DNA of 64,000 bases from Pristiophorus japonicus (taxonomy: Eukaryota), in NCBI RefSeq assembly GCF_044704955.1, contig NC_091983.1:58962001-59026000 (forward strand). Reading direction: 5' to 3'. Made by a program: the position numbers and the translations under genes. Of the stretch, positions 40,890-53,600 are shown piece after piece. Under the pieces are notes generated by a model that saw only the letters and a list, made by a program, of their open reading frames with translations, made no database searches and was not told the origin of the DNA. Numbering within the stretch: position 1 is the first letter of the stretch; every line of letters starts with the position of its first letter.

Positions 40890-43800
40890 CCTAGCCTGTC
40901 GGACCGCATTGCGGCACTGGAGCTGCGCATGGATTCACTCTCGAGCATCCGTGTTGCTGAGGATGTCGTGAATAGCACGTTTAGTGAGTTGGTCACACCA
41001 CAGATAAAGGTTACTCAGGCAGATAGGGGATGGGTGACCATCAGGTAGAGCAGGAGTAGGAAGATAGTGCAGGAGTCCCCTGTGGTCATCTCCCTCCAAA
41101 GCAGATATACCACTTTGGATACAGTTGGGGGAGATGGCTCATCAGGGGAAGGCAGCAGCAGCAGCCAAGTTCATGGCATCATGGGTGTCTCTGCTGTACA
41201 GGAGGGCAGGAAAAAGAGTGGGAGAGCTATAGTGGTAGGGGATTCTATTGTAAGGGGAAGAGATAGCCGTTTCTGCGGCTGCAATCGAGACGCCAGGATG
41301 GTATGTTGCTTCCCTGGTGCAAGGGTTAAGGATGTCTCAGAGCGGCTGCAGGGCATTCTGGAGGGGGAGGGTGAACAGCCAGTTGTCGTGGTGCCTATAG
41401 GTACCAACGATATAGGAAAAAACGGGATGAGGTCCTACAAGCTGAATTTAGGGAGCTAGGAGTTAAATTTAAAAAGTAGGACCTCAAAGGTAATAATCTC
41501 AGGATTGCTACCAGTGCCACATGCTAGTCAGAGTAGAAATAGCAGGATAGTTAAGATGAATACATGGCTTGAGGAATGGTGCAAGAGGGATGGATTCAAA
41601 TTCCTGGGACATTGGAACCGGTTCTGGGGGAGGTGGGACCAGTACAAACCGGACGGTCTGCACCTGGGCAGGACCGGAACCGATGTCCAAGGGGGAGTGT
41701 TCGCTAGTGCTGTTGGGGAGGGTTTAAACTAATATGGTAGGGGGATGGGAATCTATGCAGGGAGACTAAGGGAAGTAAAATGGGGGCAGAAGTAAAAAGG
41801 AGATAAGGAAAAGTGGATGGCAGAGGCAAAGGCAAAAATCAAAAAAGGGCCACATTACAACATAATTCTAAAAGGACAAAGAGTGTTAAAAAAAACAAGC
41901 CTGAGGGCCCTGTGTCTCAATGCGGGGAGCATTCATAATAAGGTGGATGAATTAACTGCGCAGATAGCTGTTAACGGATATGATGTAATTGGGATTACGG
42001 AGACATGGCTCCAGGGTGACCAAGGCTGAGAACTCAACATCCAGGGGTATTCAATATTCAGGAAGGATAGGCAGAAAGGAAAAAGAGGTGGGGTAGCATT
42101 GCTGGTTAAAGAGGAGATTAAAGCAATAGTAAGGAAGGACATTAGCTTGGATAATGTGGAATCTGTATGAGTAGAGCTGCGGAACAGCAAAGGGCATAAA
42201 ACGCTAGTGGGAGTTGTGTACACACCACCAAACGGTAGTAGTGAGGTCGGAGATGGCATCAAACAGGAAATTAGGGATGCGTGCAATAAAGGTACAGCAG
42301 TTATCATGGGTGACTTTAATCTACGTATAGATTGGATTAACTAAACTGGTAGCAATACGGTGGAGGAGGATTTCCTGGAACGTATAAGGGATGATTTTCT
42401 AGACCAATATGTCGAGGAACCAACTAGAGAGCTGGCCATCCTAGACTGGGTGTTGTGTAATGAGAGGATTAATTAGCAATCTTGTTGTGCAAGGCATCTT
42501 TGGGGAGAGTGACCATAATATGGTAGAATTCTTCATTAAGATGGAGAGTGACACAGTTAATTCAGAGACTAGGGTCCTGAACTTAAAGAAAGGTAACTTC
42601 GATGGTATGAGACGTGAATTGGCTAGGATAGACTGGCGAATGATACTTAAAGGGTTGATGGTGGATAGGCAATGGGAGACAGTTAAAGATCACATGGATG
42701 AACATCAACAATTGTACATCCCTGTCTGGCATAAAAATAAAACTGGGAAGGTGGCTCAACCGTGGCTAACAAGGGAAATTAGGGATAGTGTTCAATCCAA
42801 CGAAGTGGCATATAAATTGGCCAGAAAAAGCAGAAAACCTGAGGACTGGGAGAAATTTAGAAATCAGTAGAGGAGGACAAAGGGTTTAATTAGAAGGGGG
42901 AAAATAGAGTATGAGAGGAAGCTTGCTGGGAACATAAAAACTGACTACAAAAGCTTCTATAGATATGTGAAGAGAAAAAGATTAGTGAAGACAAATGTAG
43001 GTCCTTTGCAGTCAGAATCAGGTGAATTTATAATGGGGAACAAAGAAATGGCAGACCAATTGAACAAATACTTTATTTCTGTCTTCACTAAGGAAGACAC
43101 AAATAAAGTTCCAGAAATACTGGGGGACCGAGGGTCTTGCGAGAAGGAGGAACTGAAGGAAATCCTTATTGGTGAGGATATTGTTTTCGGGAAATGGATG
43201 GGATTGAAGGCCGATAAATCCCCAGGGACTGATAGTCTGCATCCCAGAGTACTTAAGGAAGTGGCCCTAGAAATAGTGGATGCATTAATGATCATTTTCC
43301 AACATTCTATAGATTCTGGATTAGTTCCTATGGATTGGAACGTAGCTAATGTAACCCCACTTTTATTTTTAAAAGGAGGGAGAGAGAAAACGGGGAATTA
43401 TAGAGCGGTTAGCCTGACATCGGTAGTGGGGAAAATATTGGAATGAATTATTAAAGATGTAATAGCAGCGCATTTGGAAAGCAGTGACGGGATCGGTCCA
43501 AGTCAGCATGGATTTATGAAAGGGAAATCATGCTTGACAAATCTTCTAGAATTTTTTGAGGATGTAACTAGTAGAGTGGACAAGGAAGAGCCGGTGGATG
43601 TGGTGCATTTGGACTTTCGAAAGGCTTTTGACAAGGTCCCACACAAGAGATTGGTATTGGGGTAATGCATTGATGTGGATGGAGAACTGGTTGGCAGACA
43701 GGAAGCAGAGAGTCGGAATAAATGGGTCCTTTTCAGAATGGCAGGCAGTGACTAGTGGAGTGCTGCAAGGTTCCATGCTGGGACCCCAGTTATTTACAAT

Positions 43801-44770
43801 ATACATTAATGATTTAGATGAAGGAATTGAATGTAATATCTCCAAGTTTGCAGATGACACTAAGCTGGGTGGCAGTGTGAGCTGTGAGGAGGATGCTAAG
43901 AGGCTGCAGGGTGACTTGGACAGGTTAGGTGAGTGGGCAAATGCATGGCAGATGCAGTATAATGTGGATAAATGTGAGGTTATCCACTTTGGTGGCAAAA
44001 AAAGGAAGACAGAATATTATCTGAATGGTGACAGATTAGGAAAAGGGGAGGTGCAACAAGACCTGGGTGTCATGGTACATCAGTCATTGAAAGTTGGAAT
44101 GCATGTACAGCAGGCGGTGAAGAAGGCAAATGGCATGTTGACCTTCATAGCGAGAGGATTTGAGTATAGGAGCAGGGAGGTCTTGCTGCAGTTGTATAGG
44201 GCCTTGGTGAGGTCACACCTTGAATATTGTGTACAGTTTTGGTCTCCTAATCTGAGGAAGGACATTCTTGCTATTGAGGGAGTGCAGCGAATGTTCACCA
44301 GACTGATTCCTGGGATGGCAGGACTTGCATATGAAGAAAGATTGGATCGACTAGGCTTATATTCACTGGAATTGAGAAGAATGAGAGGGGATCTCATTGA
44401 AACATATGAAATTCTGACGGGATTGGACAGGTTAGATGCAGGAAGAATGTTCCCGATGTTGGGGAAGTCCAGAACCAGGGGTCACAGTCTAAGGAGAAGA
44501 GGTAGGCCATTTAGGACCGAGATGAGGAGAAACTGCTTCACTCAGAGAATTGTGAACCTGTGGAATTCTCTGCCACAGAACATTGTTGAGGCCAGTTCGT
44601 TAGATATATTCAAAAGGGAGTTAGATGTGGCCCTTACCGCTAAAGGGATCAAGGGGTATGGAGAGAAAACAGGGATGGGGTACTGAAGTTGCATGATCAT
44701 ATTGAAATGTGTTGCAGGCTCGAAGGGCCGAATGGCCTACTCCTGCACCTATTTTCTATGTTTCTATGTT
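40890..44770 (+). mobile_element. Near full-length CR1 LINE (ORF1 SGNH esterase, ORF2 APE endonuclease + RT), inactivated, in CPSF3 intron 17
   Basis: ORF1 VVGDSIVRG/GTNDI/DGLHL; APE IGITETW; RT QHGF, QGSMLGP, KFADDTK. Tail ttctatgtttctatg. Several stops and frameshifts. Confidence 0.93.
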
Positions 44771-45580
44771 CAGACTGCCTTTTCTGGGCTGGTTTAAGAC
44801 CTGAATTGGCTTGCTACAATCAGCTCACTTCACTGAGTCGAGGATCAATTAACTGAAAGCAGCCCAAGCAAAGAGCTCGGAGGACTACAGTGATGAACAA
44901 CTGTAATTTTCAGTAGAATGAATAAAGTTTGAAGTGCTTTACACTGGATCTATTTCGGGGTTAAAATTCCTGTCTTTCCTAATTGTAGTGAGAAAGTAGA
45001 AATACCACTTTTGACTTATACCCATATTTTTGCTACAATTAGTGAAAATAGAAATGTTAGCACTTTAATTTCTAAACAGGATGTGTGTGTCTTAGTAAGC
45101 TAGTATTGGTCTTTTCTGTACATTACAAGTCTATGAACACCTCTCCAGTGACTCGGACATCATAGAGAGGACTAGAACTTTTATGCAGCTGGTCTGGATG
45201 ATGGCTGCATGGAGAACTATGCACTCTGATAAGTAGGTTGAAACTTCGACCTCTGCTGGACTTTAAGCCCACATCTACAAAGGTGCTGGGCAGAACATCC
45301 TCATGTTAAATCAATTTGGCCAGTTGTGTCTTTTTAAAGCATTTCTAATTTATTATTTCTTACCTTGATCTGGCTGAATGTTGTAATTCTTCTGGGTGTT
45401 TTAAAATGTTCAGTTTTATAATCGTGTTACATTCGGAAGTCATAACTGTTCAGTTTTAAAGGTGCTTACCATTAATTTTAAACTGGTTTTAAAAAAGAAA
45501 AAGTGCCTCAAATCCAGAGATTTGTCTGGCATGGGGTCATTGTGTGTATAATAGTACAATATCCTGTACTGGTGTCAATG

Positions 45581-46020
45581 GTGTCAACCATGGCTCAGTG
45601 GTGGCACTCTCGGCCCTGAGCCGGAAGATCGTGGGTTCAAACCCCACTCAAGATTTGAGCACATTATCTAAGCTGACACCTCAGTGCCATACAGAGGAAA
45701 TGCTGCACTGTCGGAATTACTGTTCTTCGGATGAGGCATTAAATCGAGGTCCTATCTGTCCTCTCAGGTGGACGTAAAAAGATCCCATGACACTATTTAA
45801 AGCATAGCAGAGGAGTCCTGGCCAATATGTATCACTCAACCAACATCACTAAAACAGATTATCAGCTCATTATCTCATTGCTGTTTTCTGTGCGCGTGTT
45901 GACTACTGTGTTTCCCTACATTACAACAGTGGCTACACTTCAAAAGTACTTAATTGGCTGTAAAAGCACTTTGGGACATTTGAGGTGGTAAAAGACGCTA
46001 TATAAGTACATCTTTCTTTG
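45581..46020 (+). mobile_element. tRNA-derived SINE with L2-like tail
   Basis: Colinear with 23410-23840. A-box tggctcagtggtgg, B-box gggttcaaaccc. Confidence 0.75.
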
Positions 46021-46829
46021 TTTTCCTTTTCTTTCTTTGATAATTCTGACTTCAAATGAATAGAAGCAGACTGTGTTGTCGTGTTGGGAATGTATTTTTC
46101 ATAGTATCACAAAGGCTGCAATCCTGTGCCAAGAGTGTTTGAAACACGGAGACAAACACTTGGAGGTTTATTAAGGGTTAATTGAACAAACATGCTCGCA
46201 CTCGCAGCCAACACAGATCAAAGAAGATGCTGCCGCAGAAGAAGGCATGTTATTGCCAGTTGAGCTCAACTTTCTCTTTCTTCCTCCTTCCTAGTTGTTC
46301 TAACCTCACGGTTACAGTGGCTTCGCTTTTACATTCAGTTAAAAGGCCATTACACCAGCTTATCCATGACCTTCACTCTTGGTTTTACTTTCGGTATTAT
46401 TGGCATAACATACCAAAGACTCAAAAAGGCTCCACCACACAGTCTCAAGACATAACATAAACCACCTTATCTACTTACACATAAAGAAAAGAAACGTATA
46501 GATGTAACCATGAGAAGATTAGAACTACCCAAGGCTATTTTATATGATGACAGTTACAGTTTTGCAGATTTGTTGACATTCTACAGATATTGCCTGTCAG
46601 CTACATTTTCAATTATTTAATTCTAAGCTTTGCAATATAAAACTAATGTAAAATAGAATGCAGTATAAATGATTCTTTGTGTAAAATGGAATCCATTACT
46701 TTTTTTCTCAATCTTGCAGTAGTGTAAAATTATACTTTAACTACTGTTTGTACACCACCCAGATTTAATAAGATTGTATCACTCTAGTTATATGCAGATG
46801 TTTAATTGAAGAATTGAAATAGTTTATAT

Positions 46830-47052
46830 GGCTCCGGTTGGGGTGGAGTGTAGAATGTTTCAGTATAAGGGGTGTCGCAGTTGTGGTGAGGCGGATTGGT
46901 TGGGCTGGGTGTTCTTTGCCTTTCCGTCATTGTTCATAGGTTTATATGTAATCTTTGGGGTTGCTGACCAAGGGCCGTGTGGCTCTTTGTCAGCCGGCGC
47001 GGACACGATGGGCCGGAATGGCCTCCTTCTGCGCTGTAAATTTCTATGTTTC
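46830..47052 (+). mobile_element. CR1-type 3' end fragment
   Basis: gatgggccggaatggcctccttctgcgctgtaaatttctatgtttct tail. Confidence 0.6.
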
Positions 47053-47905
47053 TCTGAGCACTAATAGCCTAAAGTGTCCTCTGTGTGTGCTGAGTAAATT
47101 GAGCTCAGTCAGTCTAAAATCATTTCCAGTGAATATAAAATCAACAACACAAAATTGCCCATAATTCGGCATTAATTGGAGAGCCATGCTGGGCCAGGGA
47201 CAGACTGGTGGATGAATAATGCAGCTTTCATTAAATGTGTAGCAGCGTATCTGTTCTGAGGTTGAGATTAAAGCACATTGAACACTGCTGAGGAACTTTA
47301 TTGTGGCCTTAGCTCATGATATATTTGACCTGTGAGTGTTTGGCGCTGACAGTGATAAAAATGTTTTGATTTCCATTCCTGTTATTAATTACCTTGATGG
47401 GCACAAACATTTAAAAGGAAGAGAGAACTATTTTTCCAAGATTAATGAGGATTTATTTTTTTAATTCAAAAGCTTCCTAATTTTTGCCTGCCCTTTGTTC
47501 AGTTTGGAGTCTTTTAATTTAAAATAGAGTGAGGCTTAACTTAGGAAGAAATTCTTCCAACCATGTTAAGTGTTAACTTCGGTGGAATTCTTTCAATGTG
47601 AAGTATTCCCATCGAGGCAGATAATTTTTTTTTTAACTTTGTAGATGTTAAAGTTTATTGACCTCACCTGTGGCACCCAAACGTAGCAGGATGTCTCTTA
47701 ACTGAAACCAGCTGCAGGATCCATCAGAGAGTGGTTCTGTAGGATACAACACTTCCAGATTGACATGAGAAGAAATAAATTTAAATATTTACATTAAAGT
47801 ATGAATTTTTGTTACGCTTTGGAGTATGTGGAGCAGTTTTGTTAAAAGTAGCAGTCTACTTGCCTTTTAAAGGTTTCCTAATTCTATTCATATTTTTCCC
47901 CGCAG

Positions 47906-48010
47906 ATGGTTGTGTGTGAAGAGGGCAGTGTGGAGGATGAACCACTTCGAGAAATGGTTGAGGTGGCTGTACAACGGCTCTATGAAACAATACACCCAGC
48001 ACTATCTTAA
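47906..48010 (+). CDS. CPSF3: CPSF3 exon 18 (last coding exon)
   Basis: MVVCEEGSVEDEPLREMVEVAVQRLYETIHPALS*, acceptor ttttccccgcag. Confidence 0.95.
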   Translation: MVVCEEGSVEDEPLREMVEVAVQRLYETIHPALS

Positions 48011-48499
48011 AATTGTGAAAATCAGTATTAAATGTGACCTGTGATTTGTTTCAGATTGTAGGATGTAGTGTTTTAATCACATCCTCTGCTTTTGTTATGC
48101 TAAACCCATGCTGCAAATGATCTGATCTAGTCTGGACAAACTTAAAAATATGGATTTTGTTTCAACTTTAAAATAACTGACAACTTAGAAATACAAATAC
48201 ACCAGTAGCTGTTTTAACGAAAAAAATAGTTAATTACATCTTTTAGGCGACAATTAGAGACTGAGACTGCACTATTGTTGACTTTGCAGTCATGCTATAA
48301 TTATTTTCCTGTAAAAACAATGTATTTGCTGTCAATCTTGAACGAGTAGAAAGAAGATGGTCTGATTTGCTTATTTGATTCTTTAGTTCGTAAAATAAGT
48401 GGTGACACAGTCTTAACAAATGCGTTCTATGGTGTCTGCGTCAGGTGCATAGTAAGATGGAAGTAGTCCTGTTTAAAAACAAACTTAAATTTCTACAAA

Positions 48500-48505
48500 A
48501 ATAAA
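48500..48505 (+). terminator. Candidate CPSF3 polyadenylation signal AATAAA
   Basis: First AATAAA after the stop, followed by a T/GT-rich tract. Alternatives near 48834 and 49087. Confidence 0.55.
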
Positions 48506-49309
48506 TATTTTTTACAAAGATTTTTTTTTGTCATGCACTATACTTTGTGATTGCAGGAAACATTTGTACAAACTACACATTTTATTTATTTTGAATACAA
48601 AATATGGCTGTCAGGCATTACATTGTCATACAGTCTGGTTCGTACAGGATTGGCCATTTTTTTCAAAATGACTTATTAGGGGGATGGTGTTCACTGCTGT
48701 AGTAGTGTTTTTCTTCATTAAATGAAATATTCAGAGCAGATAACAATGGAGAATCTTGTGTGGTCTTAGATAGTTGTTACATTAACAGAAACATACAACA
48801 TTAATTGCAAACAGGAAATATAGGAACTGCTAAAATAAAAAAAGACCATGGTCCAATTAGTTCGTCTTCTAGCATTCTGGTAGTCACATGATGTGATGAG
48901 AATGCAATTATTGACTAATTATGACCATCAATTAATCTACACTAGACATGCAGTGAGGAAAGCCCATGGTGGAAAGTTTAGGTCCAAAGTCACCTCATCC
49001 CAAACCTGTTATACTTACCCAGGTCATGTTTCAAATTACTCTGGTGCTGTAGTCCAAAATATTCTCTGAAAGAAATGCAATGGAAAAATAAACTTTTGCA
49101 TTGTATTCTATACTAGGTCCTGCAATTTAAAAAGTAACTATCTTGGCCCAAAAACATTTTAAATAGGAGGATCAACTGTGTTTTGATGTACACTTTGCCA
49201 GACCTTAAGGGTTTTTAATACTGACACAAGGTAGGTAAGAAATATCCACTTTTATTACTTTTTAAATTTAAAATAAAACAAATGACAGACAAAAGCCCAA
49301 GGATAGGAA

Positions 49310-49620
49310 AAGCGCATTTGGCCTTTGCGAGCTCACCTGTGCTCTCACTGAGCCGCTGCCTCTCTGCTCCGCCCGGAACAGACGGGGACAGGGTGTGACA
49401 GTCCGGCCCTGCGGGCGGCGGCCAGCGTTCTCCCGACGTGGGACTGGCAGGGTCTGGGGCGCCGGGTTCAGTCGGTGCGATGTTGGGCTGTGGGCCTGAG
49501 TCATTTATTCGGAGACTCCATCGCTCAGATAGGAGCGGGCTGGGCTGGGCTTTCTAACCCGCACTGTCACTGGGAGCTCACCGGGCCCTGGGCCCTGCCC
49601 CGGCTGATTGTCTCCATTCT
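49310..49620 (+). promoter_or_regulatory. CpG island at the IAH1 5' end
   Basis: Sharp GC/CpG-rich block with a ccgccc box and ccggaa, surrounding the IAH1 exon-1 remnant. Confidence 0.6.
49488..49528 (+). pseudogene. IAH1: IAH1 exon 1 remnant (SGNH block I)
   Basis: ctg tgg gcc TGA gtc att ta ttc gga gac tcc atc gct cag|AT = LWA*VI(fs)FGDSIAQ versus IAH1 LWPRLLLFGDSITQ. Syntenic position downstream of CPSF3. Confidence 0.75.
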
Positions 49621-50808
49621 TTCCCGGGGATTGGGATCACTGGTAGCTCAGGAGGATCCCAGATTTGACACCCGGCCTGTGCTGAGTTGGTTAGCTCATC
49701 TCTGGAGAAGGGACGACATCCAAAAACCCTGCTCCTGGTCACCATTTGCTGGAAAGTGCCCCTGTGTGGGTGGCGAGGCAAAGATTGGGCTTTGGTACTG
49801 AACACCCCGCAATTGAATAGCTTTTAGTACAACCAGGAGCGCAAAACCCAGACCAGCAGACACATGGATTCTGTATTCTCGGTATGCTCCCCACCACTTA
49901 CAGCGGGTGCATTGCTGCTAACGCAATTTGCCCACTATACACGTTGGATGGTTTTAAGGGAATCGCTATGCCACCAAGTCATGAGTGATGCCTGAGCCTT
50001 GAGAATGAGTATTGGAGTGTGGGGATATCCGAGTGGTCACCTGAGGTCCATGCACCTGTACATTGCTGCAGCAGCACTGCACAGACCTGACAAAGACCTC
50101 ATGGTGCCTGGCAGCTGAGATCCCACATGTGTCTGAGGAGCACAGGCATTTGGACCCCAGAGGAAGAATTGGCATGGGAAGTGAAGAGAAATGGCATCTA
50201 GAGATGAGGAACGTCTTCTGGGGGCGTAGGTGTGATTGAACCAGTTGATGAGGATTCAGAGCCAGGACAAGGGTAAGAGATCTGAGAGGTGAGAAACTGA
50301 TCATTATCAAACAGAAACTGGATGAATTCATCAAAGAATATTGTTAATTAATCACAAGCAACACTTCATTGATTTGTATCATTTATTCAAGAAGCTGTCA
50401 ACTATTGAGTAAACACCTATTTTTGCCCGGAATACACAGAGCATAAGGTGTAAGCAGCAACTTTGTAATTGAGAGTTTGGGATGAGCTGAAGTTTATATA
50501 GCATGGAGGATGAGAAGACGGCCAGAACAACATTGGAAGAGTCGAGGCTGGAGATGACAAAGGCATGGATAAGGGTCAGCAGCAGATGAGCTGAGATAGG
50601 GGCAGAGGCAGGTGATGTTCTGGAGCTGGAAAGGATATCGGAGCAGAATCTCAGCTCAGGATTGAATAGCATGCCAAGGTTGCAAACAGTCTGTTTCAGT
50701 CTGAGCCAGTGGGATGATAGGATCGATGGCAAGGGTCGATCCTTGGAGGACTCAGGACATAAAGGTGCAGGGTCTGCAAGAAAAGTCGTTATGTAGATAC
50801 TTTGGCTG

Positions 50809-52860
50809 GAAACATAGAAAAATAGGTTGCAGGAGTAGGCCATACGGCCCTTTGAGACTGCACCACCATTCAATACGATCATGGCTGATCATTCCCTCAG
50901 TACCCCTTTCCTGCTTTCTCTCCGTACCCCTTTCCTGCTTTCTCTCCATACCGCTTGATACCTTTAGCTGTAAGGGCCATATCTAACTCCCTCTTGAATA
51001 TATCCAATGAACTGGCATCAACAACTCTCTGCGACAGGGAATTCCACAGGTTAACAACTCTGAGTGAAGAAGTTTCTCCTCATCTCAGTACTAAATGGCC
51101 TACCCCTTATCCAAAGACTGTGTCCCCTGGTTCTGGACTTCCCCAACATCGGGAACATTCTTCCTGCATCTAACCTGACCAGTCCCGTCAGAATCTTATA
51201 TGTTTTTATGAGATCCCCTCTCATCCTTCTAAACTCCAGTGTATAAAGGCCCAGTCGATCCAGTCTCTCCTCATATGTCAGTCCAGCCATCCCGGGGATC
51301 AGACTAGTGAACCTTCGCTGCATTCCCTCAATAGCAAGAATGTCCTTCCTCATTAGGAGACCAAAACTGAACACAATAGTCCAGGTGAGGCCTCACTAAG
51401 GCCCTGTACAACTGCAGTAAGACCTCCCTGCTCCTATTCTCAAATCCCCTAGCTATGAAGGCCAACATACTATTTGCCTTCTTAACTGCCTGCTCTATCT
51501 GTATGCCAACTTTCAATGACTGATGAACCATGACACCCAGGTCTCGTTGCACCTCCCCTTTTCCTAATCTGCCGCAATTCAGATAATATTCTGTCTTCGT
51601 GTTTTTGCCCCCAAAGTGGATAACCTCACATTTATCCACATTATACTGCATCTGCCATGCATTTGTCCACTCACCTAACCTATCCAAGTCAGCCTGCAGC
51701 CTCTTGGCGTCCTCCTCACAGCTCACACCACCACTCAGTTTAGTGTCATCTGCAAACTTGAAGATATTACACTCAATTCCTTCATCTAAATCATTAATGT
51801 ATTTTGTAAAGAGCTTGGGTCCCAGCACTGAGCCCTGCGGCACCCCACTAGTCACTGCCTGCCATTCTGAAAAGGACCCGTTTATCCCGACTCTCTGCTT
51901 CCTGTCTGCCAACCAGTTCTCTACCCACGTCAATACATTACCCCCAATGCCATGTGCTTTGATTTTGCACACCAATCTCTTGTGTGGGACCTTGTCAAAA
52001 GCCTTTTGAAAGTCCAAATACACCACATCCACTGGTTCTCCCTCGTCCTCAAAAAATTCTAGAAGATTAGTCAAGCATGATTTCCCCTCCATAAATCCAT
52101 GCTGACTTGGACCGATTCTGTCACTGCTTTCCAAATATGCTGCTATTTCATCTTTAATAATTGATTTCAACATTTTCCCCACTACTGATGTCAGGCTAAC
52201 CAGTCTATAATTACCCGTTTTCTCTCCCTCCTTTTTTGAAAAGTGGTGTTACATTAGCTATCCTCCAGTCCATAGGAACTGATCCAGAGTTGAAAGACTG
52301 TTGGAAAATGATCACCAATGCATCCACTATTTCTAGGGCCACTTCCTTAAGTACTCTGGGGTGCAGACTATCAGGCCCCGGCGATTTATTGGCCTTCAAT
52401 CCCATCAATTTTCCTAACACAATTTCCCGCCTAATAAGGATATCCTTCAGTTCCTCCTTCTCATTAGACCCTCGGTCTCCTAGTACTTGGGGAAGGTTAT
52501 TTGTGTCTTCCTTCGTGAGGACAGAACCAAAGTATTTGTTCAACTGGTCTGCCATTTCTTTGTTCCCCATTATAAATTCACCTGAATCTGACTGCAAGGG
52601 ATCTACGTTTGTCTTCATTAATCTTTTTCTCTTCACGTATCTATAGAAGCTTTTGCAGTCAGTTTTTATGTTCCCAACAAGCTTCCTCTCATACTCTATT
52701 TTCACCCTTCTAATTAAACCCTTTGTCCTCCTCTGCTGAATTCTAAATTTCTCCCAGTCCTCAGGTTTGCTGCTTTTTCTGGCCAATTTATATGCCTCTT
52801 CCTTGGTTTTAACACTATCCCTAATTTCCCTTGTTAGCCACGGTTGAGCTACCTTCCCCG
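50809..52860 (-). mobile_element. CR1 LINE, 5'-truncated (~2 kb), same young subfamily as 40890-44770
   Basis: ORFs 52211..52909, 51328..52182 and 51051..51374 carry [26 protein letters not shown]. 24-bp tandem duplication at ~50900-50950. Confidence 0.93.
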
Positions 52861-53189
52861 GATATGTAAAAGTGGAAACAAGTGAGGACAGTCTTGCTAA
52901 GCTGGACAATGGAGGAAGATGGTGTGGTTAACTATGTCAAAGGCTGTACAACGAGGTCGAGGAAGGATAATCACTGTCACAGATACAAAAGATATAATTT
53001 GTAGCTGTGGTTAGGGCCATTTTATTGCTGTGACAGGGGCAGAAACCAGATTGGAGAGATTCAATCAAAAAATTGTTGGCAAGATGGGTAAGGATTTTAG
53101 AGGCATGTTCAAGGACCTTGGAGAGAAATGGGAGGTTTGAAATGGAGCAGTAATTTTCAAGGACAAAGGGGTCTATGGTCGGTTTTCTG

Positions 53190-53600
53190 ATCATCATCAT
53201 AGGCAGTCCCTCGGAATCGAGGAAGACTTGCTTCCACTCTAAAAATGAGTCTTTAGGTGGCTGAACAGTCCAATACAAGAACCACAGTCCCTGTCACGGG
53301 TGGGACAGATAGTCGTTGAGGGAAAGGGTGGGTGGGACTGGTTTGCCACACGCTCTTTCCGCTGCCTGCGCTTGATTTCTGCATCCTCTCGGCGATGAGA
53401 CTCAAGGTGCTCAGCGCCCTCCCAGATGCACTTCCTCCACTTAGGGCTGTCTTTGGCCAGGGACTCCCAGGTGTCAGTGGGGATGTTGCACTTTATCAGG
53501 GAGGCTTTGAGCGTGTCCTTGTAATGTTTCCTCTGCCCACCTTTGGCTCGTTTGAAGGAGTTCCGAGTAGAGCGCTTGCTTTGGCAGTCTCGTGTCCGCA
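53190..53600 (-). mobile_element. RTE-clade LINE 3' end
   Basis: GGQRKHYKDTLKASL...W...CPT.DRDCGSCIGLFSHLKTH (C-terminal zinc finger), (tga)n tail at ~53190. Confidence 0.8.

Noticed and set aside
41067-41732. SGNH/GDSL esterase ORF as a possible IAH1 copy
   Set aside because: It is CR1 ORF1: intronless, frameshifted and directly followed by APE-RT ORF2.
43546-44397. Antisense ORFs over CR1 RT (also 312..650, 51599..52009, 52236..52646)
   Set aside because: Shadow frames of LINE coding sequence.
45581-45650. tRNA-like A/B boxes
   Set aside because: SINE head, not a tRNA gene; no cloverleaf and it continues into the SINE body.
46074-46457. Possible solo LTR (tgttgtc...gacataaca, minus-strand AATAAA)
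   Set aside because: No matching TSD and no second copy in the window.
49475-49801. 108-aa ORF containing LFGDSIAQ and LPRLI as an intact IAH1
   Set aside because: GTG start, and similarity is limited to the exon-1 remnant. The rest runs into intron and SINE sequence, and LPRLI is probably chance.
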